DNA from: Flaccisagitta enflata
Lineage: Eukaryota
Assembly (NCBI GenBank): GCA_965153355.1
Contig: OZ231126.1
Span: 21,452,001 to 21,516,000 of the forward strand
Length of the DNA: 64,000 bases
Direction of reading: 5' to 3'
Part shown: positions 42,689-55,024 of the stretch, in pieces
Position numbering within the stretch: position 1 is the stretch's first letter
Layout: every line of letters starts with the position of its first letter
Notes under the pieces: generated by a model
Seen by the model: only the letters and a program-made list of their open reading frames with translations
What the model was told of the DNA's origin: nothing
Database searches by the model: none
Translations under genes and position numbers: made by a program

Positions 42689-44014
42689 TAACAACAAGCA
42701 ATCACAGTAAAGGCTCCGATACCCTGATGATAAATGTCAACCTATCTAAAGCTATGTAATGTGATGTGATTAGCTATGTAACTACTATTCCATACAAGTC
42801 ACTGTGGATGAATATTGAGCGTATAACCAACAACATTTACTTTCCAAGGATCTTACATTTCATCCTACAACTTCGAATTGTTGAGATAGAATTCTGCGCA
42901 TTGCCTTTTCAATTTGGACATTGCTTGCTCAATGCTGCCACCGTCACTAGAGCAGGTGAAGGAGACGAAAGGGAGATGCTTTCCATCGCTCTGGCTGGCA
43001 CAGGTAGAGAATGTAAAGCTCGAAAATAGCCCTCAATTATAGAGTGAGAGCAAAATATTATCCAGAGGCAGGCTATGAAAAGTCGGCAGATTTCAGGGGA
43101 AAATATATGCTACTCGGCAGGAATGAATTATATGCACGCCTGGTGATGCAGAAGAAAGTTGGTCACTAAATAGATGCTCGCGAACCCCCCCCCCCCTAAA
43201 AAAAAAAAGATCTGGAGCATTTAGGCAGGAGCTGTGAGGCCAAAGACCGCAAAAAAATAGGAACAAGAGGTAAAATGATAGACCGACCGATGGCAATGGA
43301 TAGACGGACAAAGCGGGGTGCAGAGTCGTGTAGCACGTGACTAAAAAAACATTATGTGTTATGGACGTCATGTCGCCCGACCGAGGGCCATCACATACTG
43401 GAATTGATATGCCGCCGCTTTTTTTCTATTTGATTTTACCATCATAACAGTCTCTTATGCTTAATTATAAGGAAACTAGATGCTGAAACATTGAAAACTG
43501 ATGAAAAATCGAGGAAGGGAGTTGTTGTCTCTTGGTTCCCTTCATTAGAAATTGTTTTTGCCTTTCCACTTAAGCTTAAGAAAAATAAATTCAAAAGATT
43601 AACTTTTTTCAAAATCGTTGAAAGGTGAAGGGTAATACCCCTTTTTAGGCTTCGGCAGCGGCGCTCTTCTTTACACATGTTTGGAAAAAAGTCGAAGAGA
43701 CGAAGTCCCTTCGGTCTTTTTGAGTCCTGCAGAGAAAAATGGATTTCCCTTTGTTTTATGAAGCGTTTGAGGAAGTTGATACATTTTGGGGGCAGAATGG
43801 GACTACGCATTAATAGCTAAGAAAGAGCTAATTCTCCTCTTTCAGATGACGCCAAGCAGAATTCTGTGCAATCGATAGTTTTGGAGCTATGATTTTTAAA
43901 TCTTTTTTTATTTTTTTGCATTTTTCGCATTTTTCGCATTTTTCCAAAAAATGCGGAATCGAGTTAATTGAAGGCTCTCTCTCTCTCTTGGTCTGTCTGT
44001 CTGTCTCTCTCTCT

Positions 44015-44048
<34 letters not shown>

Positions 44049-44691
44049 CTGTCCATCTGTCTGTCCATCTGTATGTCTGTCTGTCTGTCTGTCTCTCTGT
44101 CTGTCTCTCTGTCTGTATCTGTCTCTCTGTCTCTCTCTGTCTGTCTCTGTCTCTCTGTCTGTCTCTCTGTCTCTCTGTCTCTCTGTCTCTTTCTCTCAGC
44201 ATTTACGACTTTTTTCCTACGGCGATTAGCCGCCTTTATTGGTATCTAACCATCAAAGGTGAAAATTATATTCTACTTGATGCCTTTGACTAGAGCCTGG
44301 ATGCCTCAAGCAAATGGGATAACTCATATTGTTCAATATGCTCTTGTCAAACTTTGGTTATACTTATCATATAATGATGTTTTACTTTTGCTCTTGTAAC
44401 TAATGTTAAAAACAAAAAAAAGCAAAATAAGAAAACAAACGGACAATCTGATCATGGTGCCTCTACCGACTCGTCGCCTTCTGCAATTCTGCCCCTTTTT
44501 TTCCTCCCAACACAATGTCGGTTATAAGCCAATTTTTCTTCATTCTAATCTCGGCTTGACAAGAAGTTGGTCTTTGCGGTGATGTGTGGTTGTGGGTCTT
44601 AGGGGTTGACAGCTCCACTAATTGCCGTTCCGACGCAGAGTGAAAAATTCGATAAAAACAAACCGTGACCTTCCCGCCGCCGACACAAGTT

Positions 44692-44796
<105 letters not shown>

Positions 44797-45538
44797 ATTC
44801 TACTTTTTCGTTTCTGTTTTTTCTATTCATTTTTTTCGTGTTTATTTTTTTTTTTCGTTTCAATTCTATCATTGTTTCTTGTTTGTTTTTTTTTTCTTCT
44901 TTTTAGCTTGACATCTGTCGGTTGCTGATTTATTGCGTTCCAAAATCGAAACTGAATTTTCATCTCGACTCATCATCCTTCCTCAGACGCGAACCACTCT
45001 TGATCCTTCACCCCCCCCCCACCTGGTCAAGGCCTTTACTCTATTGCGTCTCAATCCCTTCCACCATCTATCTCCTTTCTTCCCCGCTATTAGCACCTGA
45101 CGCCCATTTCGCATTTCGTAATACTCCTACCCCATCAGACACCTACTTTTTTTCTACTAGTAATAACTGATGCCTTCTTCCACATCTAGTTATACCTCTT
45201 CCTCGCCAAGCACCGCAGCCCATCTGGTTCCTGCCCCCTGCCCTCCCCAACCCCCCCAAAAAAAATTATCGACTCCCGCGAGGACGCTTTTCGAGGTTGC
45301 AACATGTGCCGACAGGTTTATCTATTCATCGGGGCAAAACTCATTTCTCTGTCTTTTTGAATGTAGAAACCTCAATTTTCATTTTACAGACACATTTTTA
45401 GACCGACTGGAGTTTTCAAAACGTTCAGGTACAAACGAGATTCACAGGATGCGGCTAAAATTCGTGAGCACGATAGCTACAGCTATGGATACGGCTAACT
45501 ATCAACTGGTAATGTAAAAGGGTAACAGGACAATCCTA

Positions 45539-47619
45539 CACAGCGTTACGATACATAGACAAAGACAACTTTGAGTGCCCAGAGCTGGGAGTGGTTCAGA
45601 AGTGTTCTATGATACTTGGTGAATACCAAACACCCAGTGGTAAATTTTTTTGAAAGCAAAATTTGGAAAATAAATGTCTTTTGAGGAAAAAATAGGCGTT
45701 TTTTAGCATTTCTTTAGCATTAAATTGAAATAGAAGTTTAAAAGATCCTAAAAAATCCTATAAATGTGTGATTATAGTTAAAGTATACAGACTTTTACCT
45801 TAAACAGCAAGTTTCATGAGATATTTTAAAGATCAAAGCTGAATAATAGCCTAAAATATTGATTTTATAGTATTTTATTGTTTAGATTTGATCAAGCAGC
45901 TTCAAAAATCCTGGAAAATCCTGAAAATGTCTTGTAATAATTAAAGTACAAATACTTTAACCATGAACAGTAAGTAATTTTAGATATTTTCAAATTTACA
46001 GCTCAAAAATAGCCTAAAAACGCTAAATATTAATTTTTTTAGTTTTGACTAAAAAGATATCTCATAAAAATTTTTTATTAAAAGTCAAAGTATTTATACT
46101 TCAACTATTATCATATAGTGCTAGTATCATTTAAAATTTTATAAGCTGCATCAACAATATCTAGCTTAAAATGTAAAAAAAAAAACAGATATTTTGCCTT
46201 TTTCAGGTTATTTTTAAGCTGTAAACTTCAAAGTATCCCAAACTACTCAATATTCAGGGTAAAAATATTTATACTTTATTTGTTGGTAGACATATCCAAG
46301 TTTTTCCAGGATTTTTTGAACTGTATTAACAATATTTAGCTTAAAAATGCTGAAATAAGCAATATTTTCCTATTTTTAGACTTTTTTTCAGCTTGAATCT
46401 TAAAATATCCTTGTTCACTTGTTGTTCAGGGTAAGTGTATTTCTACTTTAATTATTACTACACATTTCCAGTATTTCAAAGGTTTTTGAAGCCGCATTAT
46501 CAAATTTAAGCTCTAAAATACTAAAAAAAACGTATTTTTGTTCTTTTTAAGCTCTAATTTTAAAGATATTGCAAGTAACTTGCTGTATTGGGTAAGACTA
46601 TGTATATTCGACCTAATACTACCCATTTCCAGTATTTTTTAGAATTTTTTAAGCTGCTTTGATAATTTAATGCTGAAAAAATGCTGAAAATACCATTTTT
46701 TTGCCTAAAAAAAGATTTTTTTCCAAATTTTTCTTTCAAAAAAATTTACCACCGGGTGATTGATATTCACTAAGTATCATACAGGGCATTCAATCTCATT
46801 TGACACGAAAAGAACCTTTATTGTGCTAAAACTATTTGACTTTTCAGTTTGATTTTTTTTCTCATAAAAGCACTATGTATGACGTTTTTTTTGTATCAAA
46901 TTTTCATAGGAGTGGGTCTTGAAATTCAGCAGAAATCCATGTTTGAAGTTATGCAGTAAATTCAACAAAAAAAGGTGTTTTTCTCGCAAATTTTAACTTA
47001 AAAAATGCAAAAAATTCAATGTGTTTCAAACTTTAGATGCTTGATTAGAGTCAAGTGATAGATGCTAAGACCCCAATGTTATAAATAGCCAGGTTTTATC
47101 GAAGAACAGTGAACTTTAAAGAAATACTACCAAAATTGTATCAAAAATCTTACAAAAACTTAATCAAAAATTGTTTTTTTCCAATAAAAATGAAATTAGT
47201 TGATCATGATGAAATTTCGAAGAATTGTTTTTCTCAGATACAAAAACTATATGAAATTATCTGCCATTCTAGACCAATCTCACATCTGTAGCTTAAAGCG
47301 TTTAGGAATGAGAGCAGTTTAAAGATTAAAGGTCAGAATCACAAAGTAAAACAAAACCTCCCATCTCATTATGACATCTTACACTTTAAAATGGGTTATC
47401 TCCTAAACTAATTAACCCAGTACCATGAAATTTGGACACAAAAAACGTCATATGTAGTACTTTTAGGAAAAAAATAATCAAATTGAAAAGTTGATTCATT
47501 TTTGCACAGCATAGGTTCTTTTCGTGTCAAATGAGATTGAAGACCCTGTAGGACACTTCTGAACCACTCCCAGCTCTGGGCACTCAAAGTTGTCTTTGTC
47601 TATGTATCGTAACACTGTG
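45539..47619. mobile_element. Non-autonomous foldback DNA transposon with CAC...GTG termini and 4-bp TSD (Chapaev/CMC-like)
   Basis: Near-perfect outer ~70-bp TIR (CACAGCGTTACGATACATAGACAAAGACAAC... / ...GTTGTCTTTGTCTATGTATCGTAACACTGTG) that continues as long imperfect arms. TSD CCTA at 45535-45538 and 47620-47623. Confidence 0.85.
46782..47548. mobile_element. Tc1/mariner-type MITE nested in the right TIR of the Chapaev-like element
   Basis: TIRs CAGGGCATTCAATCTCATTTGACACGAAAAGAACCT / AGGTTCTTTTCGTGTCAAATGAGATTGAAGACCCTG with TA on both sides. Removing it restores the host TIR. Confidence 0.9.
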
Positions 47620-47817
47620 CCTAGTAAAAGAACGGGAAGGGGGCAATTGCAGTGGGCAATTGCAGTGACTGTGCAACAGCCACAGAAATCAAGAAACAGA
47701 ATTTGAGGTCAAAATATTTTATCGGGACTATTCATAAATGTTAATAAAGGAAAAACAAAACAAACGAAACCAACATTCGCCACTAACTTGCTTGCTTGCG
47801 TGCATCTCGACGCAATA

Positions 47818-49237
47818 CACTTTTTTTTTTATAAGAACCTAGTTTATAAGAACATCAAGGCTTCGAATGGCCCCAAAATTAAGAACATCTTAAGAACATA
47901 CGAAGGCTTCAAATCTTGAAAAAAATTTTTGCTGTAAGTAATATTCAAAGAATATTATTAAAACACTAGAATTCTAGTATAATTTAGATAATGCTATATA
48001 ATTTTTGATAAAATATCATAAAAATATCTTTAGACTTTAATGTTTAGCATTTGTTTTAATAACATCTAATAGAAATATATTTGATATACACTGCGAACCA
48101 TAAAAAAGATTACAGCTGTTCTTAAAGATATTTTTCATGAAAAAAATGACTTTTCAATATTTTATTTGTGAGAATTGGAAAGAGTGTCATCAAATGAAGC
48201 GAATGTTACAAATCCCAGGAGTTTTCATCGATTATTCTAGATTTTATGATAAAAAGAAGATAATGGTGCCAGAATCTGTGTCTGAACTATAAATTCTTCA
48301 AAAAGTATTGATAAGGGACCTTTTTTATTGGATTTTTAGCATTAGCAGTGCAAGAAATCAATTGAAATCATAGATCATTTGAAAGATATTCAAAAGAGCT
48401 TTCATTTGCCGCCAATCTCACATTTCTAGCTCAATTCGTTTAGACGCAGTAAAGAAAAGACTGAAGAGTATTCAATTTCAAGTTTGAAAAGGCGAAACAC
48501 CAAAATTTACCCGTTTAACTTCAAATGGATGTCATTTCCAAACGAAATAAGCTAGAAGTCTGGGATTGGTCTAGAATGAGAGATCTTTTGAAAATTTTTC
48601 AAATGGTCACTGATTTTGTTTACTTTCTTTTATTCAAACATGGATATTTTAAGAGAAGAAAAAGATCAGTAGTTTCTTAAATTTGTGTTATGAAAAAATT
48701 CCCTCAATTATCATTCATAAAGGGTTCAAATCAAGTAAAAGCCTATCAAAATCAATGACATTGAGAAAGCCTTTCAAAAAATCTGTCATTTGAGCCATTT
48801 CTGAAATTACTAGCTCAATTGGTTTACAAATTATAATAGCTTTAGTAAAATTTGTCATTTACAAACTATCACAGAAAATCTGTTGTTTTCCCACTTAGGT
48901 TTTGATACATTTGTCTTCATTTTAACATAAAATCCAAACAAATTGATTGAATTTGATGGGAATGGTGGCAAATTGTTCATTTTTTAAAGCTTTTTAAAAT
49001 GCTCATGAATAACAATAAGATTTGTTGAATTTAAACTATGTAAAACTATACTGAAAGATGTAACTTTTTTCATGAGTCGCACTGTAAGTCAAATATAGTA
49101 TTTTATAAGGTTTCCTATAGTTTATATAGTATTTTAAATTAAGAACGCTCTAAGAACGTTGAAACCTTCATTTAGCCTCAAAAATAAGAACATGAAGCCT
49201 TCAAAAAAAAATTAAGGTTCTTCTAAAAAAAAAAGTG
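47818..49237. mobile_element. TA-flanked non-autonomous TIR element (superfamily uncertain)
   Basis: TA|CAC(T)nATAAGAACCT ... AGGTTCTTCT(A)nGTG|TA, with repeated TAAGAAC motifs near both ends and a non-coding AT-rich interior. Confidence 0.75.
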
Positions 49238-50015
49238 TATTAAATTTTGCAAATGCTGAATTTGCGTCTCGCCAAAAATGAGTTTCTCTGCTTCTTTTTT
49301 TCGTCTCTGTCTCTTTCTATCTTTCTTATTTTTTTCCTCAATTTTCTTTTTTTCTCTTCTTCTTCTTCTTGTTTTTCCTCTTCTTCTTCTTCTTCTTCTT
49401 CTTCTTCTTCTTCTTCTTCTTCTTCTTCTTCTTCTTCTTCTTCTTCTTCTTCTTCTTCTTCTCCATCTTCATCTTCATCTTCTTCTTCTGTTCGTCATCT
49501 TCATCTTTTTCTCACAGTTTCCTCTTTCCCCTCCCTCTCATATATTTCATGCAAATTTTCTTTTTGCTCTTTTTTTTTCTTTTCTTGAAACTCGTTTTCA
49601 AATCAAATCTTCCTCTTCTTTTGCCCATTTAAAATAGATTTGAAAAAGGGCCGCCATTTTTGTAAGACCACCGCGGCCTCAGTCGTCGCTGGTGCCGCCT
49701 TTTCGCGCCGCCTTTGCCGCCGCCGGTCGAACTCACTGCAGCTGTTCGCGCAGCCGCTTTAGACAACACCGCGCCACCGCGTTTAAAACAGCCGCGGTAA
49801 TCGATACCGCTGCCTTGTTCGTCGGTGGCCACTGTCTTCTTTGCTCTCATCTAAAGACCGCTTCACTTATCGCTGCCGGCGCTTACTTCTATTAACGTTG
49901 TATCCGTTTTGGGCTGGCACCATCATAGCAGATGAAATACAGCGCTTAGGCTTATCTCACCATGATTCCAAAATTCTTTTCTCATTAGACTCTTCCTTCT
50001 TACTCTCTAATCTTT

Positions 50016-50498
50016 AATAGTCGCAAAAGCGTTAGATGGTAAGCGGTACCCGTGCCCTGCCAAAGTAGGTTGTGCTTGAAGTTGAAGGGGGAGCTGGGCA
50101 GCGGCCCCAAAGTTGTCAATGACCCGTGCTTTCACACAGGGGAAATTTCTCCTCCTCCTTCTCCTCCTCCTCCTCCATCCCTCCCCCTCTAATCCCAGTC
50201 TTGAGGCCCAAATCCCAGCCTTGAGGCCCAAATCTTAGCCTTGAGGTTGGGATCTAGTCCTCTTGGCTAGGATTTGGACGTCAAGGCTGGGATTTGGGCC
50301 TCGAGGCTAGGATTTGGGCCCCCAGGCTAGGATTGTGGCCTCGAGGCTAGGATTTGGGCCTCAAGACTGAGATTTGGGCCTCAAGATTGGAATTTGGGCC
50401 TCGAGACTGGGATTGGAGCAGGGGTACATAGGAGGAGGAGAAATTTCCCCTGTGTGAAAGCATAGGTCATCGACCCCTTCGGAGCCGCTGCCCAAAAA
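50016..50498 (-). mobile_element. HINE-like family B
   Basis: Same termini as 6062-6680; the internal array changes orientation at ~50240. Confidence 0.8.
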
Positions 50499-50822
50499 GT
50501 ATGCCTCACTCTGTCTTCTCCGACCTAAATTCTGGTCTCCAGGACCGTAGTCCAGGCGTTCAAAACCAAAATCCAGACTCTTCAACTCATATCCTTTCCT
50601 TTGGGACTTTAATTTCTTTGACTCCGCTGACTCTGCACTCAATTCGAGTCACAACCCACTAAAAAAAAACACAAGTACCGCTGACCATCCGCCGATTTTG
50701 TGTTTTGTGAAGTTGGTCCCCTTAATTATAAACTCTTTCGTGACCACACTAAACATAGCTATTCTACCCCCTATTTCCCCCCAAAACTATCCCCGGATAA
50801 CAACACCCCCAAACGGCCTATT

Positions 50823-51558
50823 CACTGAATCACGAACTCTAATCTGGAAAAGAAGCCAGTCAAGGCCCATTCCACTGAAGCACTACTTCGTGCTTCAGTG
50901 GAATAGGAATTCGTGCTTAAGTGGATTGACTCTTGACCTCTTTTCTTACTGCAATGGTTGAGTGCAAATATTTTGGTGAAATAAGAAATCTATTTGATTT
51001 CTTTTAATTGAAACAAGAGAGGTTTTTTTTCCCTTTTTAAACTGTTATCTTTAAATATCTCTACTTTTTTTTCTCATGAATCTTGTGTTATTGGGAATAT
51101 TTTTTCCAATCATGTCAATTTTTGTGTCTCTGAAGGAAAAAAATTTTCTTACCTGCTATCTTTTTTTTTTTCATGAATCTTGTCTTTATTGTAAATCTTT
51201 ATTTCAATTTTTATGTCTGTGAAGGAAACAAAATTTCCCACCTGCAATTTTTTTCAAGGGATCGATATCAAGTTGTTGTTGAAATATTTTTTTTTTAGAT
51301 ATTAACATACACTTAGTAAGTGTTCTTAAGTAAAAAGAAACAGAGGGAGGTGAAAAGAAAACAGTGGATTTCTTGATTTCTTTTGATAAAAAAAAAAAGA
51401 TAACTTTAATTCTTTTTACTATGAAAAAAATCAGTTATGCTCAATTCCACTGAAGCTCGAATTGCAAAAGGCACTATTTATTTCTCATTCCACTGAAGCA
51501 CTAGGGTGTGCTTCAGTAAAAATAATTCTAACTTAAGCGCGAATTTCGTGATTCAGAG
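50823..51558. mobile_element. Probable TIR element
   Basis: CTGAATCACGAA ... TTCGTGATTCAG, with TTCCACTGAAGC motifs repeated near both ends. No clear TSD. Confidence 0.55.
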
Positions 51559-52418
51559 GATGCCCCCCCCCAAACACACTACGTATGCGGCTCTTTCTTG
51601 CTACTCCCTCTGCCTCCCGCATCGCCACCCATTTTCTTTCCTCCGCCGTCGCCGCCGTCGCCGCCGCCGCAACGGACGTCGCCATTCGCGTGAAGATCTT
51701 CTGAAAAATGAGATTTTAATGTGGAACCGAAAAACTGCGAAAAAAAGCCGCGAAAAAAGGGAAGAGATAGGAAGAAAAATAGCTGCAAATGGCGATGCGT
51801 AGAAGAGGAGAATAAAGGGAAGTGAGAAATAAAAAGAAAAGAGCCCGGAGGATAAGATAAGGTGAGAGGGTGAGAGGGTGTATGTTGTTGGGAATGGGTT
51901 GGAGGAAGACTTAACCGTTTCTCTAAGACATGCATGTCTTGTTTGCAAATCGTTATGTGACAGTAGATTAGAATTTGGCGCCTTGCTGAAAGAATCAGTC
52001 AATGATGTCTTTGGATCATGTCTTTCACCTCGTGAGTCTAAAAAGATGATTTCATGAAATATTACGACTGCCGGCCTTACAACTATCAGTAAGATGTGGT
52101 TTTGAATTTGTGCAATGGAATGTCTGCACGCCTAAAACCAGTGGTTAAACGTACCATACATTTTCGCCCTCTGGTCCTGTTCCCTATGATCGAATCAGGG
52201 CATGGGAGGCCAAACAAAATAAAGGGTCTGACACTCCTAGCACCAATCTTGGTCCTCATACTCTCGTTGTTTTATGCCTAACAGCTGGAACTCTTTTTCT
52301 TTGCTTGTGTATTTTGCATCATCAGCAAAAACAGATCATAGATGCATTAAAACCTACTAGAAACCGGCCGTATCACAAACCCCTTCCGACAAGTTTTTCT
52401 AGCCACGATATCTAATTC

Positions 52419-52517
<99 letters not shown>

Positions 52518-52731
52518 ACTTTTCTCATCTTTTTTTTTCCCTCTCTCGCTTTTTTTCATTCACTTTTCTTAAGATTAGAAGCAAAAAATCGGCGATGCCA
52601 AAAGCCGCCGCGGTTCAACGCGAGACAAAAATCCAATTTGCATAGAAATGGAAAAATGTGAGAAATGAAAAATGTCACGATGACAAAGTTACTCTTTTTT
52701 GACGCGTTTTATCAGAGTAATAGAAGAACTA

Positions 52732-52771
<40 letters not shown>

Positions 52772-53191
52772 AGAAAGGAGAGCGCGCCAAAACAGACAGA
52801 CAGATAGACCGACAGATGGTAACAGTTATCTCCATAAATTGATTTCAAGAAATTGATTTCAAGAAATTGATTCCAGATTTAAGATTATCTGCACCTTGGA
52901 AACATGGTGACTGTTCAGTGTTCACCATGTTCACTTAAGGTCTAGAATACGTAGCTGAGTCATTCTTTGTCGGTCAGTTGATCCAGTACAATTGCCATTA
53001 TGCAATCCCACTGAAAAAAGAACATTTTTTACAAAATAGGCGTTCACTTCGACAAGCTAAACTATCCGAGATAAATACCTGGGATTGGTCTAGTGTGACA
53101 GAAAATCAAAGAATCTTTAAGATAACTTTATCAGAAAAATGTCAAAATATATATGTATTTTTTCTTCATGAGCCAACAGTAAGGTGCGGCT

Positions 53192-53197
53192 TTTATT
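53192..53197 (-). promoter_or_regulatory. Candidate polyadenylation signal of the lectin gene
   Basis: AATAAA on the minus strand about 130 nt downstream of the stop codon. Confidence 0.35.
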
Positions 53198-53328
53198 CGA
53201 TTTGCGTAGATGTATGATTGCAATATGATGAAGTTATTTGATTGGGCACTAGTTATGCGTATAAGAATTTAAATCATGACGCACCCGGCTGGTCTGAGAA
53301 CAGTTTCATCACAGACGAATCAAAGAAA

Positions 53329-53435
53329 TTATCCGACGCATCTGTACTCGACTTGGTAATAATCGTGCCATGCCTTGCACTTGATGTGAGGCAACGATTT
53401 CCCACTTATCAGTTTGCATGTTCTCCCGGAACAAC
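53329..53435 (-). CDS. Terminal exon of the SUEL-type lectin domain protein
   Basis: Acceptor TTCCATTTCAG| in a phase matching the upstream donor (A+GT = Ser). Translates (S)CSGRTCKLISGKSLPHIKCKAWHDYYQVEYRCVG*, ending in the SUEL-like Y-x-x-V-x-Y-x-C and completing 8 Cys. The intron is 177 bp (53436-53612). Absent from the ORF track. Confidence 0.8.
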
Positions 53436-53612
53436 CTGAAATGGAATCAAGTTTATAAGAGTCTATCAACTTCAATCCAAACGGTTAACGGTACTCAATG
53501 GCGCCTCAATGAGTAGAATAACGCGTAAGTTTATAAATGCATGAGTTTTTCCACTTTGATTTTGGTGATTACAGTTTTTTCTCTCTTGAAAAAGAAACAA
53601 CAAACAACTCAC

Positions 53613-53790
53613 TAGGCATCGAGGTTGAAGATATTGGGTCTTTGCAATCGCCAGACGAAAAACTACAAGCTTCGTTGTCGCCTTTCCAAAATCCGTAGAA
53701 AGCGTTGTCAATTTGAATCCTTTGCCCTTCTAGGCATTCCAAAGAGACAGATACTTTGCGACGCCACGAAGTGCATACAGTCGCTTTTTT
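53613..53790 (-). CDS. Penultimate exon of a SUEL/rhamnose-binding-lectin (Gal_lectin)-type domain protein; 5' boundary uncertain because it abuts a HINE insertion
   Basis: Translates KKATVCTSWRRKVSVSLECLEGQRIQIDNAFYGFWKGDNEACSFSSGDCKDPISSTSMP, which fits the SUEL pattern C-x-L-x-C-x-G-x-I-x-I-x-A-x-YG. It ends at a donor A|GTGAGT (intron starts 53612, phase 1). Confidence 0.8.
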
Positions 53791-53902
53791 AGATGCGTCC
53801 ACGCATCTCTATAAGAGGCTTTGTCCGTCCGTCCGTCCGTCGGTTGGTTGGTCGGTCGGTTGGTCGGTCCGTGGTGATCGAGTTGAGAACAATGAAAATG
53901 CA
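53785..53902 (+). mobile_element. 5' part of a HINE (family D) inserted at the start of the lectin domain exon
   Basis: TTTTTT-AGATGCGTccACGCATCT-CTATAAGAGG followed by a (GTCC/GGTC)n tract; no clear 3' end found. Confidence 0.8.
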
Positions 53903-54350
53903 TAGAATCTTGGAAATATCTCAGATTATTGCATCATTCCGTTGACTCTTGACTGGCTCACACTCCCAGAATAACATTTTGCTATCAGAGATGATGCAAC
54001 TTTGTTTGTTTAAGGATAAATTTCATCACAATTAAGCTGCTTCAAAGAACCATCAAATTTTGCAAAGTTTCAGAAAGGGAGGGAACTTGACGGAAACTCC
54101 AACTGTCCCTGTTTGTCAAAAAGTCAAATCAGGTTGAAAATTCCATGTTACTTGACATGAAATGCTATCTTGGAAACCGTTTGTCGTAGAGCTTTCTAAG
54201 TGTCACCAAAAGTTCCATTTGACAACTAGATGTAAGTTGATGTTAGACATGTCGCAACATAAGATTATATTAATCGTCTGTTATTCATCACATTTAATTA
54301 TTTTTTGCCCTATATCAACTTTATAACGAGTCATTAATCACATCGTATAG

Positions 54351-54470
54351 CACGTTTTTGAAAAAATCCACAACTTTGAAAAAATCCATGATTTTATCCA
54401 GATTAATCCAAATGGATCAATTCAATTGGATTGGATTTTTTTTTTTTAAATGGATTTTTTAAGAACCCTG
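54351..54470. mobile_element. Small degenerate MITE
   Basis: AAAAAATCCA repeats at the left, inverted to TGGATTTTTT at the right, ending AACCCTG. Confidence 0.45.
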
Positions 54471-55024
54471 TGACAAACCGATCCACCGACATAGCGGGTT
54501 ACAGAGACGCGTGTACGCGCCTAAAATGGAAGGGATAGAATGAGAGTCGCAAAGGCGTTAGATAGTCAGCAGTACACAATGCCTCTTGAAATTAACAGGG
54601 TGTGCAAAAATATCTATAATTGGCACTCATTCTCTTTAAAACCCTGTAAAAATAATGATTTTTGAAAGCATGAGTGGATGATATTCCTTTTAGCATTTAG
54701 AATAAAAAATTCACAAAGAATAAAACTTTTCAGGTATAATTGACTCTAGTGAAACGCCTCTTTAAAAAATCTGTTTCTCTAGGAAAAAAATTGGTTAATA
54801 TCTTGATCTTTACCTCTCACTTATCGCATTCTGCCCATTTGACATCCTCATCTCTAGAAACATTACTTCAAAATTGGATATTTTATCTACCACCATGTCA
54901 ATTTTGATGGGTCTGGGACAAGTATTTCGTTCTCTTTAGTACAAGTATTTCTTTCTCTTTAGTGCATTTCAAATTCCATCTCATTTTGTGGAAGTAGATG
55001 AAGAAGGAGAAATTTCCCCATGTA

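Noticed and set aside
45539-47619. Calling this a Transib or RAG transposon
   Set aside because: The TSD is 4 bp rather than 5, the ends are symmetric and there is no transposase ORF.
53930-54026. Candidate signal-peptide exon for the lectin (MKFIL.../VASSLIAKCYSG)
   Set aside because: The two pieces are in different frames and the ATG frame hits a stop.
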